From an uncultured Deferribacteres bacterium (GTDB taxonomy: Bacteria > Zhuqueibacterota > Zhuqueibacteria > Zhuqueibacterales > Geothermadaptataceae), in contig CAXHAT010000057.1 in NCBI GenBank assembly GCA_964014485.1, forward strand, positions 1-40,521: a stretch of DNA of 40,521 nucleotides. Reading direction: 5' to 3'. Positions 1-8,215 of this stretch are shown here, in pieces. A model generated the notes under the pieces. It did no database searches. It saw nothing but the letters and a program-made list of their open reading frames with translations, and was not told the DNA's origin. Numbering within the stretch: the first letter of the stretch is position 1; every line of letters begins with the position of its first letter. Made by a program: the position numbers and the translations under genes.

Positions 1-11
1 ATAAGAGACAG
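1..11 (+). other. Probable Nextera/Tn5 mosaic-end adapter remnant (technical artefact)
   Basis: ATAAGAGACAG is identical to the last 11 nt of the Tn5 mosaic end AGATGTGTATAAGAGACAG and sits exactly at the sequence start. Confidence 0.75.
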
Positions 12-1742
12 GTTTACGGCGAACGGCTCAGCTCGGTTCTCGTGGCAAAGTATCGAAATTTTGCCGCTGAAAAGTTTTCTGGAGAGGCTGAAATCAGTTT
101 GCTCAACGCCGCCGTCATGTTGGAAGGACAGACACATCGTAAGCTCTATTGGGCGGCTTCGGCAAGAATCGCGGATCGCCGTTTTTTGCTCAACACGCTG
201 CAGGAAAAAGGCGACGTTGCCCCGCGCGCTTTTGATTTGCAGGCGCATTTGAATTATAAACTGACGAATCGCCACAATCTGAAATTATTTGCGTTGGAGG
301 GCGAAAACAACGTCTCCGTCGAGCCTTCTCATTCCGACACGCAAGCCCAGGTCGGCTATCTGCAATTCATCTCCTATCACACGGAATTTGAAGGGTTTGA
401 GAAGTTTACGCAGCGCTCCCGGTTGGCTTCCTTCAGCATCGAATCGCGATTGAGGGAAAATATCAAACTCAAAAACCTCGCCGCCTTCGGTCGTTTTTTT
501 GAGCATGAGCATGTGGACAAATCGAGCGAAACGATGCGGTATTTGTTCAACCCGCTTTTTCCTGAGATCGAAACCGAAGAATTGTTGGTCAATGTCGGAC
601 TTGTCCGCAGGAATGACGAATTGCGTGAAAACATGCGGCAGTACCGCGGGCAAATCAAGTGGCAAATTTCGAACGATCTCAAGCTCTCCGCCGGCGGTCA
701 AATCATCACACGCGATTACAAAGACAACCTGATTGAGGAAGAATCTGATGTTCCGGCACAACCGGATTCGATTCGTGTTTATCTCGGCTATTCTTATTTT
801 TATGAAGGCCAGACGAACATCAAAACGCGGCAATCTGCAATCTATCAGCAAATTTCTCTTCAACCAACAAATCGGCTGGAAATTATTGGCGGAGTGCGCT
901 GGAGCCGGTACTTGCCGTCGAAGCAAAATGTATGGCAGCCGCGTGTTAATTTAATCTATCGACGCAACGGCGCGACGCAATTTCGTCTGGCTTGGGGGCG
1001 TTACGCCCAACCGCCGCGTTACCATGAATTTCGCGACACACAGAACAACATTTTTCCAGAGACGCGCGCCCAAATTGCGACACACTACGTGGCGAGCTTA
1101 CAGCATTTCAAGAAAAACGACTCGGAATATCGCGTGCAAGCGTTTTATAAAAACTTGTCGCGAATCATCCCATACAAGCTCGACGATATTTTCTTTCGCT
1201 ACCAGCCGGAGTTGCAGGCGAGCGGGCGAATTTACGGCGGCAGCGCATGGTGGCGCGGCAGACCGATTCCGCGCTTGGAGAGCTGGCTGACTTATACCTG
1301 GATGGATACAAAACAGAATATTTTGGGTGAAGGCGAAAGCCGACTGCCTTCGGATCAGACGCATACGTTTGCCGCCGTTTTGCAGGATTATATGCCTGAA
1401 TTCCCAAACTCACAGGCGCATTTGCGTTTCGTTTTTGGCAGCGGTTATCCTTATACGGCGGTTGGCACAACGGCGATTGAAAACGGCAAGCGCGAGTTGG
1501 TCGAAGGCCGCCGCAACGGTTTTCGCCTGCGATTTTACCGCCGCCTGGACGTTGGCTTCAGCAAGACTTTTCCATTAGCCAATGAACGCAGCGCTCGCGC
1601 CGTTTTCGAAGTTTTCAACATGTTCGATTTTCGCAATTTGTTGACTTATGACGTTTTCATTGACGGGCAGGGAGTCGCGGCTATTACGCCGCTGAACCTC
1701 AGTCGGAGGCTTTTTAATTTGAGGATGGACGTGAAGTTTTAG
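12..1742 (+). CDS. TonB-dependent outer-membrane receptor, 5'-truncated (beta-barrel part)
   Basis: The frame is open upstream of the ORF-track start at 42 and reads VYGERLSSVLVAK, resembling the YGxxxSxV end-of-plug motif. Also amphipathic strands, 'GGVRW...QPRVNLIY', 'YRRLDVGFSK...EVFNMFD' and a C-terminal Phe. Confidence 0.8.
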   Translation, partial: VYGERLSSVLVAKYRNFAAEKFSGEAEISLLNAAVMLEGQTHRKLYWAASARIADRRFLLNTLQEKGDVAPRAFDLQAHLNYKLTNRHNLKLFALEGENNVSVEPSHSDTQAQVGYLQFISYHTEFEGFEKFTQRSRLASFSIESRLRENIKLKNLAAFGRFFEHEHVDKSSETMRYLFNPLFPEIETEELLVNVGLVRRNDELRENMRQYRGQIKWQISNDLKLSAGGQIITRDYKDNLIEEESDVPAQPDSIRVYLGYSYFYEGQTNIKTRQSAIYQQISLQPTNRLEIIGGVRWSRYLPSKQNVWQPRVNLIYRRNGATQFRLAWGRYAQPPRYHEFRDTQNNIFPETRAQIATHYVASLQHFKKNDSEYRVQAFYKNLSRIIPYKLDDIFFRYQPELQASGRIYGGSAWWRGRPIPRLESWLTYTWMDTKQNILGEGESRLPSDQTHTFAAVLQDYMPEFPNSQAHLRFVFGSGYPYTAVGTTAIENGKRELVEGRRNGFRLRFYRRLDVGFSKTFPLANERSARAVFEVFNMFDFRNLLTYDVFIDGQGVAAITPLNLSRRLFNLRMDVKF

Positions 1743-1852
1743 TATCCGCCAGGCTTCGCTAAAACAAAGGAGTTAACCGTGACAAGGTCTACGCGAAAAC
1801 GCCCCGACGACGCCTTTTTAGATTGTTGGAGAATGATTTTGCTGATTGGGGG

Positions 1853-1890
1853 AAATAAAAACGGCGCGCTCTCGCACATGAACGCGCCGC
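1853..1890 (-). terminator. Intrinsic terminator downstream of ftsZ
   Basis: Minus strand reads GCGGCGCGTT-CATGTGCGAG-AGCGCGCCGT followed by TTTTATTT. Confidence 0.6.
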
Positions 1891-2036
1891 ATGGGTCTGC
1901 CAGGATTAAGAAAAAATTGCTTCTTTGAGCGAACAAAACAGATTCGGGGCGTCGCCGGGAGTGTAGGCGGCCGCGCTCACCTCACATCGAACTCGCCGCC
2001 AATATTGACTGCGATTAGCCCGAAACGCCCGCTCGC

Positions 2037-3275
2037 CTACTTTCTCCACCGCTTTCGGATGTAAGCCGGAGATTCCAGATCATCGTCGTCTTGGCTGTAA
2101 AGCGTCTGCTCGATCTCCGAGAGCGTCTCTTTCGCAGCACTTTTATTGCGCGCGCCGTTGCCGTTATACTGGTTATATGAAGGGGGCGAAGTCGCCGGCG
2201 CGCCGTTGCCGTTTGTGGTGCGGCGTTGGTAAGCAGGCACTTCCAAATCGCTCATTTCCGTGTCGATTAAACGCAGATTTTGCAGCGATTTCAGCGCACG
2301 ATCCGCAGGATTTTTATTAAAACCGGTCGCGATGACGGTCACGCGGATTTCTTCTTCCATTTGCGTATCGACGACGGCGCCAAATATAAGGTTGGCTTCT
2401 TCACCGGCGGCTTCGGAAATGACCATGGTCGCATCGTTCACTTCGTGCAGCGCCAGAGAATCGCCGCCCGTAATATTGACGAGCACGCCTTGCGCGCCTT
2501 CGATAGAAATATCGTCCAGCAACGGGCTGGCGATGGCTTTTTGCGCCGCTTCAACTGAGCGCGTCTCGCCGGAAGAAACAGCCGAACCCATCAAAGCGTC
2601 GCCCATTTCACGCATAACCGTGCGGACGTCCGCAAAGTCCAGGTTGATCAAACCGGGGATGCTGATCAAGTCGGAAATCCCTTTGGTTGCGTGCAAAAGC
2701 ACTTCATCCGCGGTGCGAAATGCGGCGGTCAGCGGCGTGCCTTTCGGAACGACGCTCAGAAGGCGCTGATTGGGAATCACGATGAGCGTGTCAACTTGCT
2801 CTTTTAATTCCATGATCCCTTCTTCAGCGCGTCGCAAACGTTTTGGGCCTTCAAAAATGAAAGGTTTGGTGACGATCCCGACTGTTAGCGCGCCTAAATC
2901 TTTGGCGATTTCAGCGACAACCGGCGCTGCGCCCGTGCCGGTTCCGCCGCCCATGCCGCCGGCAATAAAAACCATGTCGCTGTCGCTCAACGACTCAATC
3001 ACAGCTTCACGGTCTTCTTCTACCGCTCTGCGCCCGATTTCCGGGTCAGCGCCGGCGCCCAGACCGCGCGTGATGCCTTTGCCGATTTGCACGCGCCCGG
3101 AAGATTTCGCATGTTCAAGGGCTTGCAGATCGGTGTTAACGCTAATGAATTCCACGCCGCTTAAATTGGCTTCGATCATCCGGTTGACGGCGTTGCAGCC
3201 GCCCCCGCCGACGCCGACGACCTTCATGCGCGCGGAAGGCGAAAAGCTTTCGTCAAAGTTAAATCTCATGTTCAT
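2037..3275 (-). CDS. ftsZ: Cell division GTPase FtsZ
   Basis: KVVGVGGGGCNAVNRM, tubulin signature GGGTGTG, GLINLDFADV and VTVIATG; AGGAG RBS upstream. Confidence 0.99.
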   Translation of the reverse strand: MNMRFNFDESFSPSARMKVVGVGGGGCNAVNRMIEANLSGVEFISVNTDLQALEHAKSSGRVQIGKGITRGLGAGADPEIGRRAVEEDREAVIESLSDSDMVFIAGGMGGGTGTGAAPVVAEIAKDLGALTVGIVTKPFIFEGPKRLRRAEEGIMELKEQVDTLIVIPNQRLLSVVPKGTPLTAAFRTADEVLLHATKGISDLISIPGLINLDFADVRTVMREMGDALMGSAVSSGETRSVEAAQKAIASPLLDDISIEGAQGVLVNITGGDSLALHEVNDATMVISEAAGEEANLIFGAVVDTQMEEEIRVTVIATGFNKNPADRALKSLQNLRLIDTEMSDLEVPAYQRRTTNGNGAPATSPPSYNQYNGNGARNKSAAKETLSEIEQTLYSQDDDDLESPAYIRKRWRK

Positions 3276-3290
3276 GGCAGACTCCTAAAA

Positions 3291-3316
3291 TAGGTTATTA
3301 GACTTTAGGCTGTTAG
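3291..3316. repeat. Degenerate 7/8-mer tandem array (TAGGTTAT-TAGACTT-TAGGCTGT-TAG)
   Basis: Close to the reverse complement of the array at 37571-37604. Confidence 0.55.
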
Positions 3317-3385
3317 TAATAATTTGTGCGTGAGAACCATCATTTGAAAATTGGAAATTGTCATTTGCAGTTTATCAGGCACGGG

Positions 3386-4624
3386 TCAGATTCTGCTCGT
3401 GCCAAACCAACGTTTCATCCGCTCAATGATTTTTTCGAAAACGTGCGATTCGCTGTCTCCGAACGGGCCGTCGATGATGTGGCGATTGGCCTTGCCGTAC
3501 AGCACGAGACCGACGCCCGTCGCATGCAAGGGCAGCTTGACGTCATCACTGACCGTTTTCATCCCGGACGGCCTGCCGAGCTTCACCGGCATCTCCAGAA
3601 TCTCTTCCGCCAGCTCAATTGTGCCTGGCAGCATCGAGCCGCCGCCTGTTAAAACCGCTCCCGCCGTCATCAAATGTGCGTGGTCAGATTTGCGAATTTC
3701 ATTTTGTGCAAGCATGAGAATTTCTTCCATCCGCGGCTGAATAATGTCCACCAACAAACCTTTGGAAACTTTGCGCGGGGCGCGACCGCCGACGCCGGGA
3801 ACTTCGACCAAATCTTCCTTGTCCGTTTCGCCGCGAACCGTTTTGCCGAAGTTGATTTTGATCGCTTCCGCGCTCTCAACCGGCGTTCTTAAACCGTGCG
3901 CAATGTCGTTGGTGACATTTTTTCCGCCGAGGCTGACAATCGCGGTGTGGCGAATGCTGCCTTCATAAAACATGGCGATATCCGTCGTTCCTCCGCCGAA
4001 ATCGAGCACGCAGACGCCGAGGTCTTTTTCATCAGGCGTTAGCACGGCGTAACTGCTGGCGAGGGGTTCGAGCACCAGGTCCATCACCGTCATGCCTGCG
4101 CCTTCAATGCTGCGCCAAATGTTTTGCGCCGCCGTCACAGCACAAGTAACGATGTGGACTTCCGCCTCAAGCCGAACGCCCGACATGCCGACAGGATCGG
4201 TGATGCTGCGCTGGTCATCGACGATAAATTCTTGCGGTAAAATATGGATGATTTCACGGTCAAACGGCAGCGCCACAGCTTTTGCAGCGTCGATGACGCG
4301 CTTCTTGTCTTCCGGAGAAATGATGTGATTGTCTCCAGCCACGGCAACCACGCCGCGCCCGTTGACGCTGCGAATGTGATCGCCCGCGATGCCCGCGTAA
4401 ACAGATTCCACTTCTACGCCGGCCATTTGCTCGGCCTCTTCCCGCGCCTTGATGATCGCCTGAATCGTTTTATCTAAATTGATCACTACGCCGCGACGCA
4501 ATCCTTCCGACTGCGCCGTCCCGACGCCAATAATTTTCAACACATCGTTTTCATCGATTTCGGCAATGAGCGCGCAAATTTTGGTTGTGCCGATATCGAG
4601 CGCGCAAATATAGTCGTTTGCCAT
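3386..4624 (-). CDS. ftsA: Cell division protein FtsA
   Basis: ALDIGTTKI, LDFGGGTTDIA and VLTGGGS actin-fold motifs; directly upstream of ftsZ. Confidence 0.99.
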   Translation of the reverse strand: MANDYICALDIGTTKICALIAEIDENDVLKIIGVGTAQSEGLRRGVVINLDKTIQAIIKAREEAEQMAGVEVESVYAGIAGDHIRSVNGRGVVAVAGDNHIISPEDKKRVIDAAKAVALPFDREIIHILPQEFIVDDQRSITDPVGMSGVRLEAEVHIVTCAVTAAQNIWRSIEGAGMTVMDLVLEPLASSYAVLTPDEKDLGVCVLDFGGGTTDIAMFYEGSIRHTAIVSLGGKNVTNDIAHGLRTPVESAEAIKINFGKTVRGETDKEDLVEVPGVGGRAPRKVSKGLLVDIIQPRMEEILMLAQNEIRKSDHAHLMTAGAVLTGGGSMLPGTIELAEEILEMPVKLGRPSGMKTVSDDVKLPLHATGVGLVLYGKANRHIIDGPFGDSESHVFEKIIERMKRWFGTSRI

Positions 4625-4643
4625 GCCACCGCCTCCTTGTGGG

Positions 4644-4719
4644 TGGTTTATTGGATTGTTGGAATAATGGATTGGTGGATTTTTTCATTCATCCAGTATT
4701 CCAACAATCCATTATTCCA
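4644..4719. repeat. Inverted array of 8-mer units (5x TGG(A)nnnn then 4x nnnnTCCA)
   Basis: TGGTTTAT TGGATTGT TGGAATAA TGGATTGG TGGATTTT ... TTCATCCA GTATTCCA ACAATCCA TTATTCCA. Confidence 0.75.
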
Positions 4720-4723
4720 TTTT

Positions 4724-5467
4724 TCAGGTCTTTCTTTTTAACACAATTTGTTCATCGAAACGAAGATCCAGTCGCGCGACGTTCTCCAGCTTTTTTGTGG
4801 TCTGAAAATGTCGCCAGGCGGCGCCGAGCTTTTTGCATTTTTTTACCCATCCGCCGCCGCCGAGAATGACCGGCAGTTGTTCCTCGGTCGTCAAAAACTG
4901 GACGCCGTTGGTTTCCGTGTAAGTCGCTTCGGAAATCAAGTGATAAACAAAAGAATTCGCTTTTTGAAGATCGCCAAGAAAACCCGCGAGCCTTGCAACA
5001 TTTTCATTGTCGACGACTTCGCCCGGCAAGTGCTGTTTTAAGCGCAGGCCAACGATCACCGGGTAATCCATCCCGACTTTTGGCTTAAATCTCGGCAGCA
5101 AAACGCCTTCTCGATCCAGCCCCCAAAGCCCGTTGTCCAAAAGAACCGCCACGGGTTCACGTTCCTGAACGCGCACGCGAATGCTGGACGGAAACGTGCG
5201 CGCAACTTCGACCTTGGCGATTTCCGGCAGTTCGGCAATGCGCTCTTCGATGCGTTTCACTTCGGTATTCCAGATTGACCCGACCGTGTCGACGCGCGCC
5301 AATTCCAGAAGCTCCGCTTCTTCCAGTAAATTGTTGCCGGACACCATGATTTTGCGCACGGTAAACGCATGATTGTCCTGAATCCACACGCTCAAGTGCA
5401 AAAGCAGGAGAATCAAGCTCGTCGCAAAAAAAACGTACTTCCCAGCGTTTCTAACCTTTTCTGCCAT
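4724..5467 (-). CDS. ftsQ: Cell division protein FtsQ/DivIB
   Basis: Single N-terminal TM, POTRA-like 'VRKIMVSGN...ARTFPSSIRVRVQEREPVA' and C-terminal 'LDLRFDEQIV'; upstream of ftsA. Confidence 0.92.
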   Translation of the reverse strand: MAEKVRNAGKYVFFATSLILLLLHLSVWIQDNHAFTVRKIMVSGNNLLEEAELLELARVDTVGSIWNTEVKRIEERIAELPEIAKVEVARTFPSSIRVRVQEREPVAVLLDNGLWGLDREGVLLPRFKPKVGMDYPVIVGLRLKQHLPGEVVDNENVARLAGFLGDLQKANSFVYHLISEATYTETNGVQFLTTEEQLPVILGGGGWVKKCKKLGAAWRHFQTTKKLENVARLDLRFDEQIVLKRKT

Positions 5468-5476
5468 AATTTTTAT

Positions 5477-5563
5477 TGGATTTGTGCAGTGTTGGAATGC
5501 TGGAGTATTGGAGCAAACTTGAAGTGCTGCAAAATTCCATTAATCCAACAATCTATTATTCCA
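5477..5563. repeat. Inverted array of 8-mer units (second copy)
   Basis: TGGATTTG TGCAGTGT TGGAATGC TGGAGTAT TGGAGCAA ... AAATTCCA TTAATCCA ACAATCTA TTATTCCA. Confidence 0.7.
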
Positions 5564-5615
5564 GTCTTACCCTTTTCGTCTCGTTCTCAAGTGAAAATTG
5601 ATAACATGCTAAAAT

Positions 5616-5734
5616 CGGAGTGCAAAGCTTGCTTTGCCTTTCATTCGGCTCAAACGGACAAGCGGAGCAAGTTCAAAACGAACGCGATACTCAAAAAACT
5701 CGCGACAAAACCGCAAGGCAAGCCTTGCACTCCG
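5616..5734. repeat. REP doublet (REPIN/MITE-like) with GGAGTGC-tagged hairpin arms
   Basis: Left arm CGGAGTGCAAAGCTTGCTTTGC, right arm GCAAGGCAAGCCTTGCACTCCG. The same arms recur at 13791-13925. Confidence 0.8.
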
Positions 5735-5744
5735 TAATAATCCA

Positions 5745-6917
5745 TCAATTGGTGGTTGCGCTGAGTTTAAGCGCAGCTTGCTTGACTTTCTCCAAATTCA
5801 GAACGCGCGCCAGTCCGCGTTCGTCGCCTTGCTGGTAGATATTCAGCAAAAGCCCGACGCCGAACATGTTTATTATCAAGGCGGAGCCGCCGTAACTGAC
5901 GAACGGCATCGGGATGCCCGTCGTCGGGATCAGATGCAGCACAACGGCCATGTTCATAAACGCGTAAAGTCCAATCGAAATCGTTACGCCAAGCGCGAGC
6001 AAGCGCCCTTCATTATCCGGTGCGGACATTGCGATTCTAAATCCGCGAAAAACGATCACCAGAAACAACCCGATGACCAACAGCGTGCCGAGCAAACCAA
6101 GCTCTTCGCCAATAATAGAAAAAATAAAATCCGTGAACGGATCGGGGAGCCAATGAAGCTTTTGCTTGCTCTCGCCGAGCCCCACGCCGAACAATCCGCC
6201 GTTGCCAAGACTGATGAGCGACTGTTTGACCTGCCAGCCAATTTGCGATTCATCGCCAAACGCTTCAATAAATCCCATCAATCGATTGCGCTGGTAAGGC
6301 ACGCTCATAAGCATGAAAAAAACCGCTGAAATACCGGCGCCGAACAAGGCAAACAAGTGCCAAATCCGCGCACCCGCGATAAAAAGCATGCTGATGATGA
6401 TCAGAAAAATCATGATCGACGTTCCGGCGTCGGGCTGCAGCAAAACGGCCGTGCAGACAATTCCCGTCAGAATCAATTGCGGCAAGACGCCGTCGGTGAA
6501 CGAGCGAACTTCAACGCTTTTTAGCGTCAGGATTCTGGCGAACATCAGAATGAGCGCAATCTTGGCCAGTTCGGACGGTTGAAAACGAAAACCCATGACC
6601 GAGAGCCACCGGCGCGTGCTGCGCACCGTCCACTCTTCCGGAGCAAACATGAGCACGAGCAACAGAGTCAGTGCGCCCCAAAAAATCCAGGGCGCGTAGT
6701 CCAGAAAAACGTGATAGTCGATGCGCATGGCAAAGTAGAGCACGACCGCGGCGATCAAAATCCGAAAAACCTGCCTTTTCAAGAAAAACGTGGCGTCGCC
6801 GTAATTGTCGAAAGCCTTTGCCGAACTGGCGGTATATATAAAAGTCAGGCTCAAAGCCAGCAAAACCGCGATGGCGAGCAGCAAACTATAGTCGATTTTC
6901 TTTTTTTGTTCCGCCAT
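5745..6917 (-). CDS. ftsW: SEDS peptidoglycan glycosyltransferase FtsW
   Basis: RRWL...FQPSELAK, LLQPDAGT, GLGESKQKL..LP...TDFIFSIIGEELG and PTTGIPMPFVSYGGS; dcw context. Confidence 0.96.
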   Translation of the reverse strand: MAEQKKKIDYSLLLAIAVLLALSLTFIYTASSAKAFDNYGDATFFLKRQVFRILIAAVVLYFAMRIDYHVFLDYAPWIFWGALTLLLVLMFAPEEWTVRSTRRWLSVMGFRFQPSELAKIALILMFARILTLKSVEVRSFTDGVLPQLILTGIVCTAVLLQPDAGTSIMIFLIIISMLFIAGARIWHLFALFGAGISAVFFMLMSVPYQRNRLMGFIEAFGDESQIGWQVKQSLISLGNGGLFGVGLGESKQKLHWLPDPFTDFIFSIIGEELGLLGTLLVIGLFLVIVFRGFRIAMSAPDNEGRLLALGVTISIGLYAFMNMAVVLHLIPTTGIPMPFVSYGGSALIINMFGVGLLLNIYQQGDERGLARVLNLEKVKQAALKLSATTN

Positions 6918-6918
6918 G

Positions 6919-8004
6919 CTATCTGATTTTAAAAGTTGCTAAGGTCAGCAATGCGAACAGAATGCCGATAATCCAGAATCGAATCACAACCTTGGTTTCC
7001 GGCCAGCCCTTTAGTTCAAAATGGTGATGAATCGGAGCCATCAAAAACACGCGCTTGCCGCGACGCTTGTAGCTCGTCACTTGAATAATCACTGACAGCG
7101 TCTCCGCGACGAACACGGCGCCGATGATGGGCAAGAGCAGTTCTTTTTTGACCAAAATGGCCAGAGTCGCCAGCGCGCCGCCAAGCGCCAATGAACCGGT
7201 GTCGCCCATAAAAACTTCCGCCGGGTTGCTGTTGAACCAAAGGAATCCAAGAGCCGCGCCGATCAAAGCGGCGCAATAGACGGTCAATTCTCCCGCGCCT
7301 GGCAGGTAAATAATGTTCAAATAATCGCTGAACTGAACGTGCCCGGAGAAGTAGCAGATAGCGGCAAAAGCAAACGCCGCGATAGCAACGAGACCAATCG
7401 CCAAACCGTCGAGGCCGTCGGTCAGGTTCACCCCGTTTGAGGTCGCCATAATGACGAAAATCACCATCGGGACATACAACAGGCCGAAATCAATTTCATA
7501 GTTTTTGAAAAACGGTACGGTCGTCAGCGTCGAGATGTCCTTAAAATCCGGCGCGAGCAAAATACTGACACCGACGATAATCCCCAGCAGGCACTGGCCC
7601 GCGAGCTTGTATCGTCCGATTAAACCGTTCGGGTACTTTTTGATCACCTTCAGGTAATCGTCGAGGAAACCGACGACGCCCATCCAAACCGTCGCGATCA
7701 AAATCAGAATGACGTAGGTGTTGACGACTTTTGCCCAAAGCAGCGTCGGGATTAGCACAGCGCCGAGTACGATCAATCCGCCCATCGTCGGCGTGCCGCG
7801 TTTTTTCTGGTGGTGCTCCGGCCCTTCCTCTCGAATTTCTTCACCGATTTGCATTTTGCGCAGCCAGTTGATAATGCGCGGTCCAATGAAAAAACTGATG
7901 AACAACGCCGTCACCGCCGCCCCCGCTGCGCGAAAGGAAATGTACTGGAACAGGTTAAAACCTGAGACAAATTCGTTTAACGGGTAGAGTAAGTAGTAAA
8001 ACAT
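6919..8004 (-). CDS. mraY: Phospho-N-acetylmuramoyl-pentapeptide transferase MraY
   Basis: GTPTMGG, GFLDDY, SNGVNLTDGLDGLA, FMGDTGSLALG and MAPIHHHFE. Confidence 0.99.
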   Translation of the reverse strand: MFYYLLYPLNEFVSGFNLFQYISFRAAGAAVTALFISFFIGPRIINWLRKMQIGEEIREEGPEHHQKKRGTPTMGGLIVLGAVLIPTLLWAKVVNTYVILILIATVWMGVVGFLDDYLKVIKKYPNGLIGRYKLAGQCLLGIIVGVSILLAPDFKDISTLTTVPFFKNYEIDFGLLYVPMVIFVIMATSNGVNLTDGLDGLAIGLVAIAAFAFAAICYFSGHVQFSDYLNIIYLPGAGELTVYCAALIGAALGFLWFNSNPAEVFMGDTGSLALGGALATLAILVKKELLLPIIGAVFVAETLSVIIQVTSYKRRGKRVFLMAPIHHHFELKGWPETKVVIRFWIIGILFALLTLATFKIR

Positions 8005-8079
8005 TGATTCTTGATTAAATCAGGCAATTGTTTTGGTGCGGCGCAGGGCGCCGTCATTCTGCAAATTCAAAATCCAGGC

Positions 8080-8213
8080 GGAGTGTGATGATTCATCACC
8101 GCCTTCTCGTTCCCAAACTCCGGTTTGGGAATGCCATTGTTCTCGAAATTTTACTTCGCTTCAAAACTTGGTAACGAGCTGCAACTGGCGACTCTGAAGC
8201 GTCGCACTCCTAC
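8080..8213. repeat. Composite REP cluster: GGAGTG-tagged hairpins flanking a nested CTCGTTCCCA-type palindromic element
   Basis: GGAGT+GTGATGA-T-TCATCAC (8080-8099); CTCGTTCCCAAACTCCGGTTTGGGAA ... CTTGGTAACGAG (8106-8178); minus strand GTAGGAGT+GCGAC-GCTTCAGA-GTCGC (8213-8188). Confidence 0.6.
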
Positions 8214-8215
8214 GA

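Noticed and set aside
1779..1928. 49-codon ORF with an AAAGGAG RBS and GTG start after the receptor gene
   Set aside because: No recognisable protein features, and it runs through the ftsZ terminator hairpin; cannot be supported without expression data.
2260..3288. Long plus-strand ORFs (169 aa and 172 aa) opposite ftsZ
   Set aside because: Antisense shadows of a highly conserved gene; no protein-like motifs.
5468..5744. Possible murG/murC pseudogene remnant between ftsW and ftsQ
   Set aside because: No GGGTGGH or GIGG.GMS trace seen. The short ORF starting at the ftsW stop (MDYYGVQG...) is REP-derived, and repeats account for the region.
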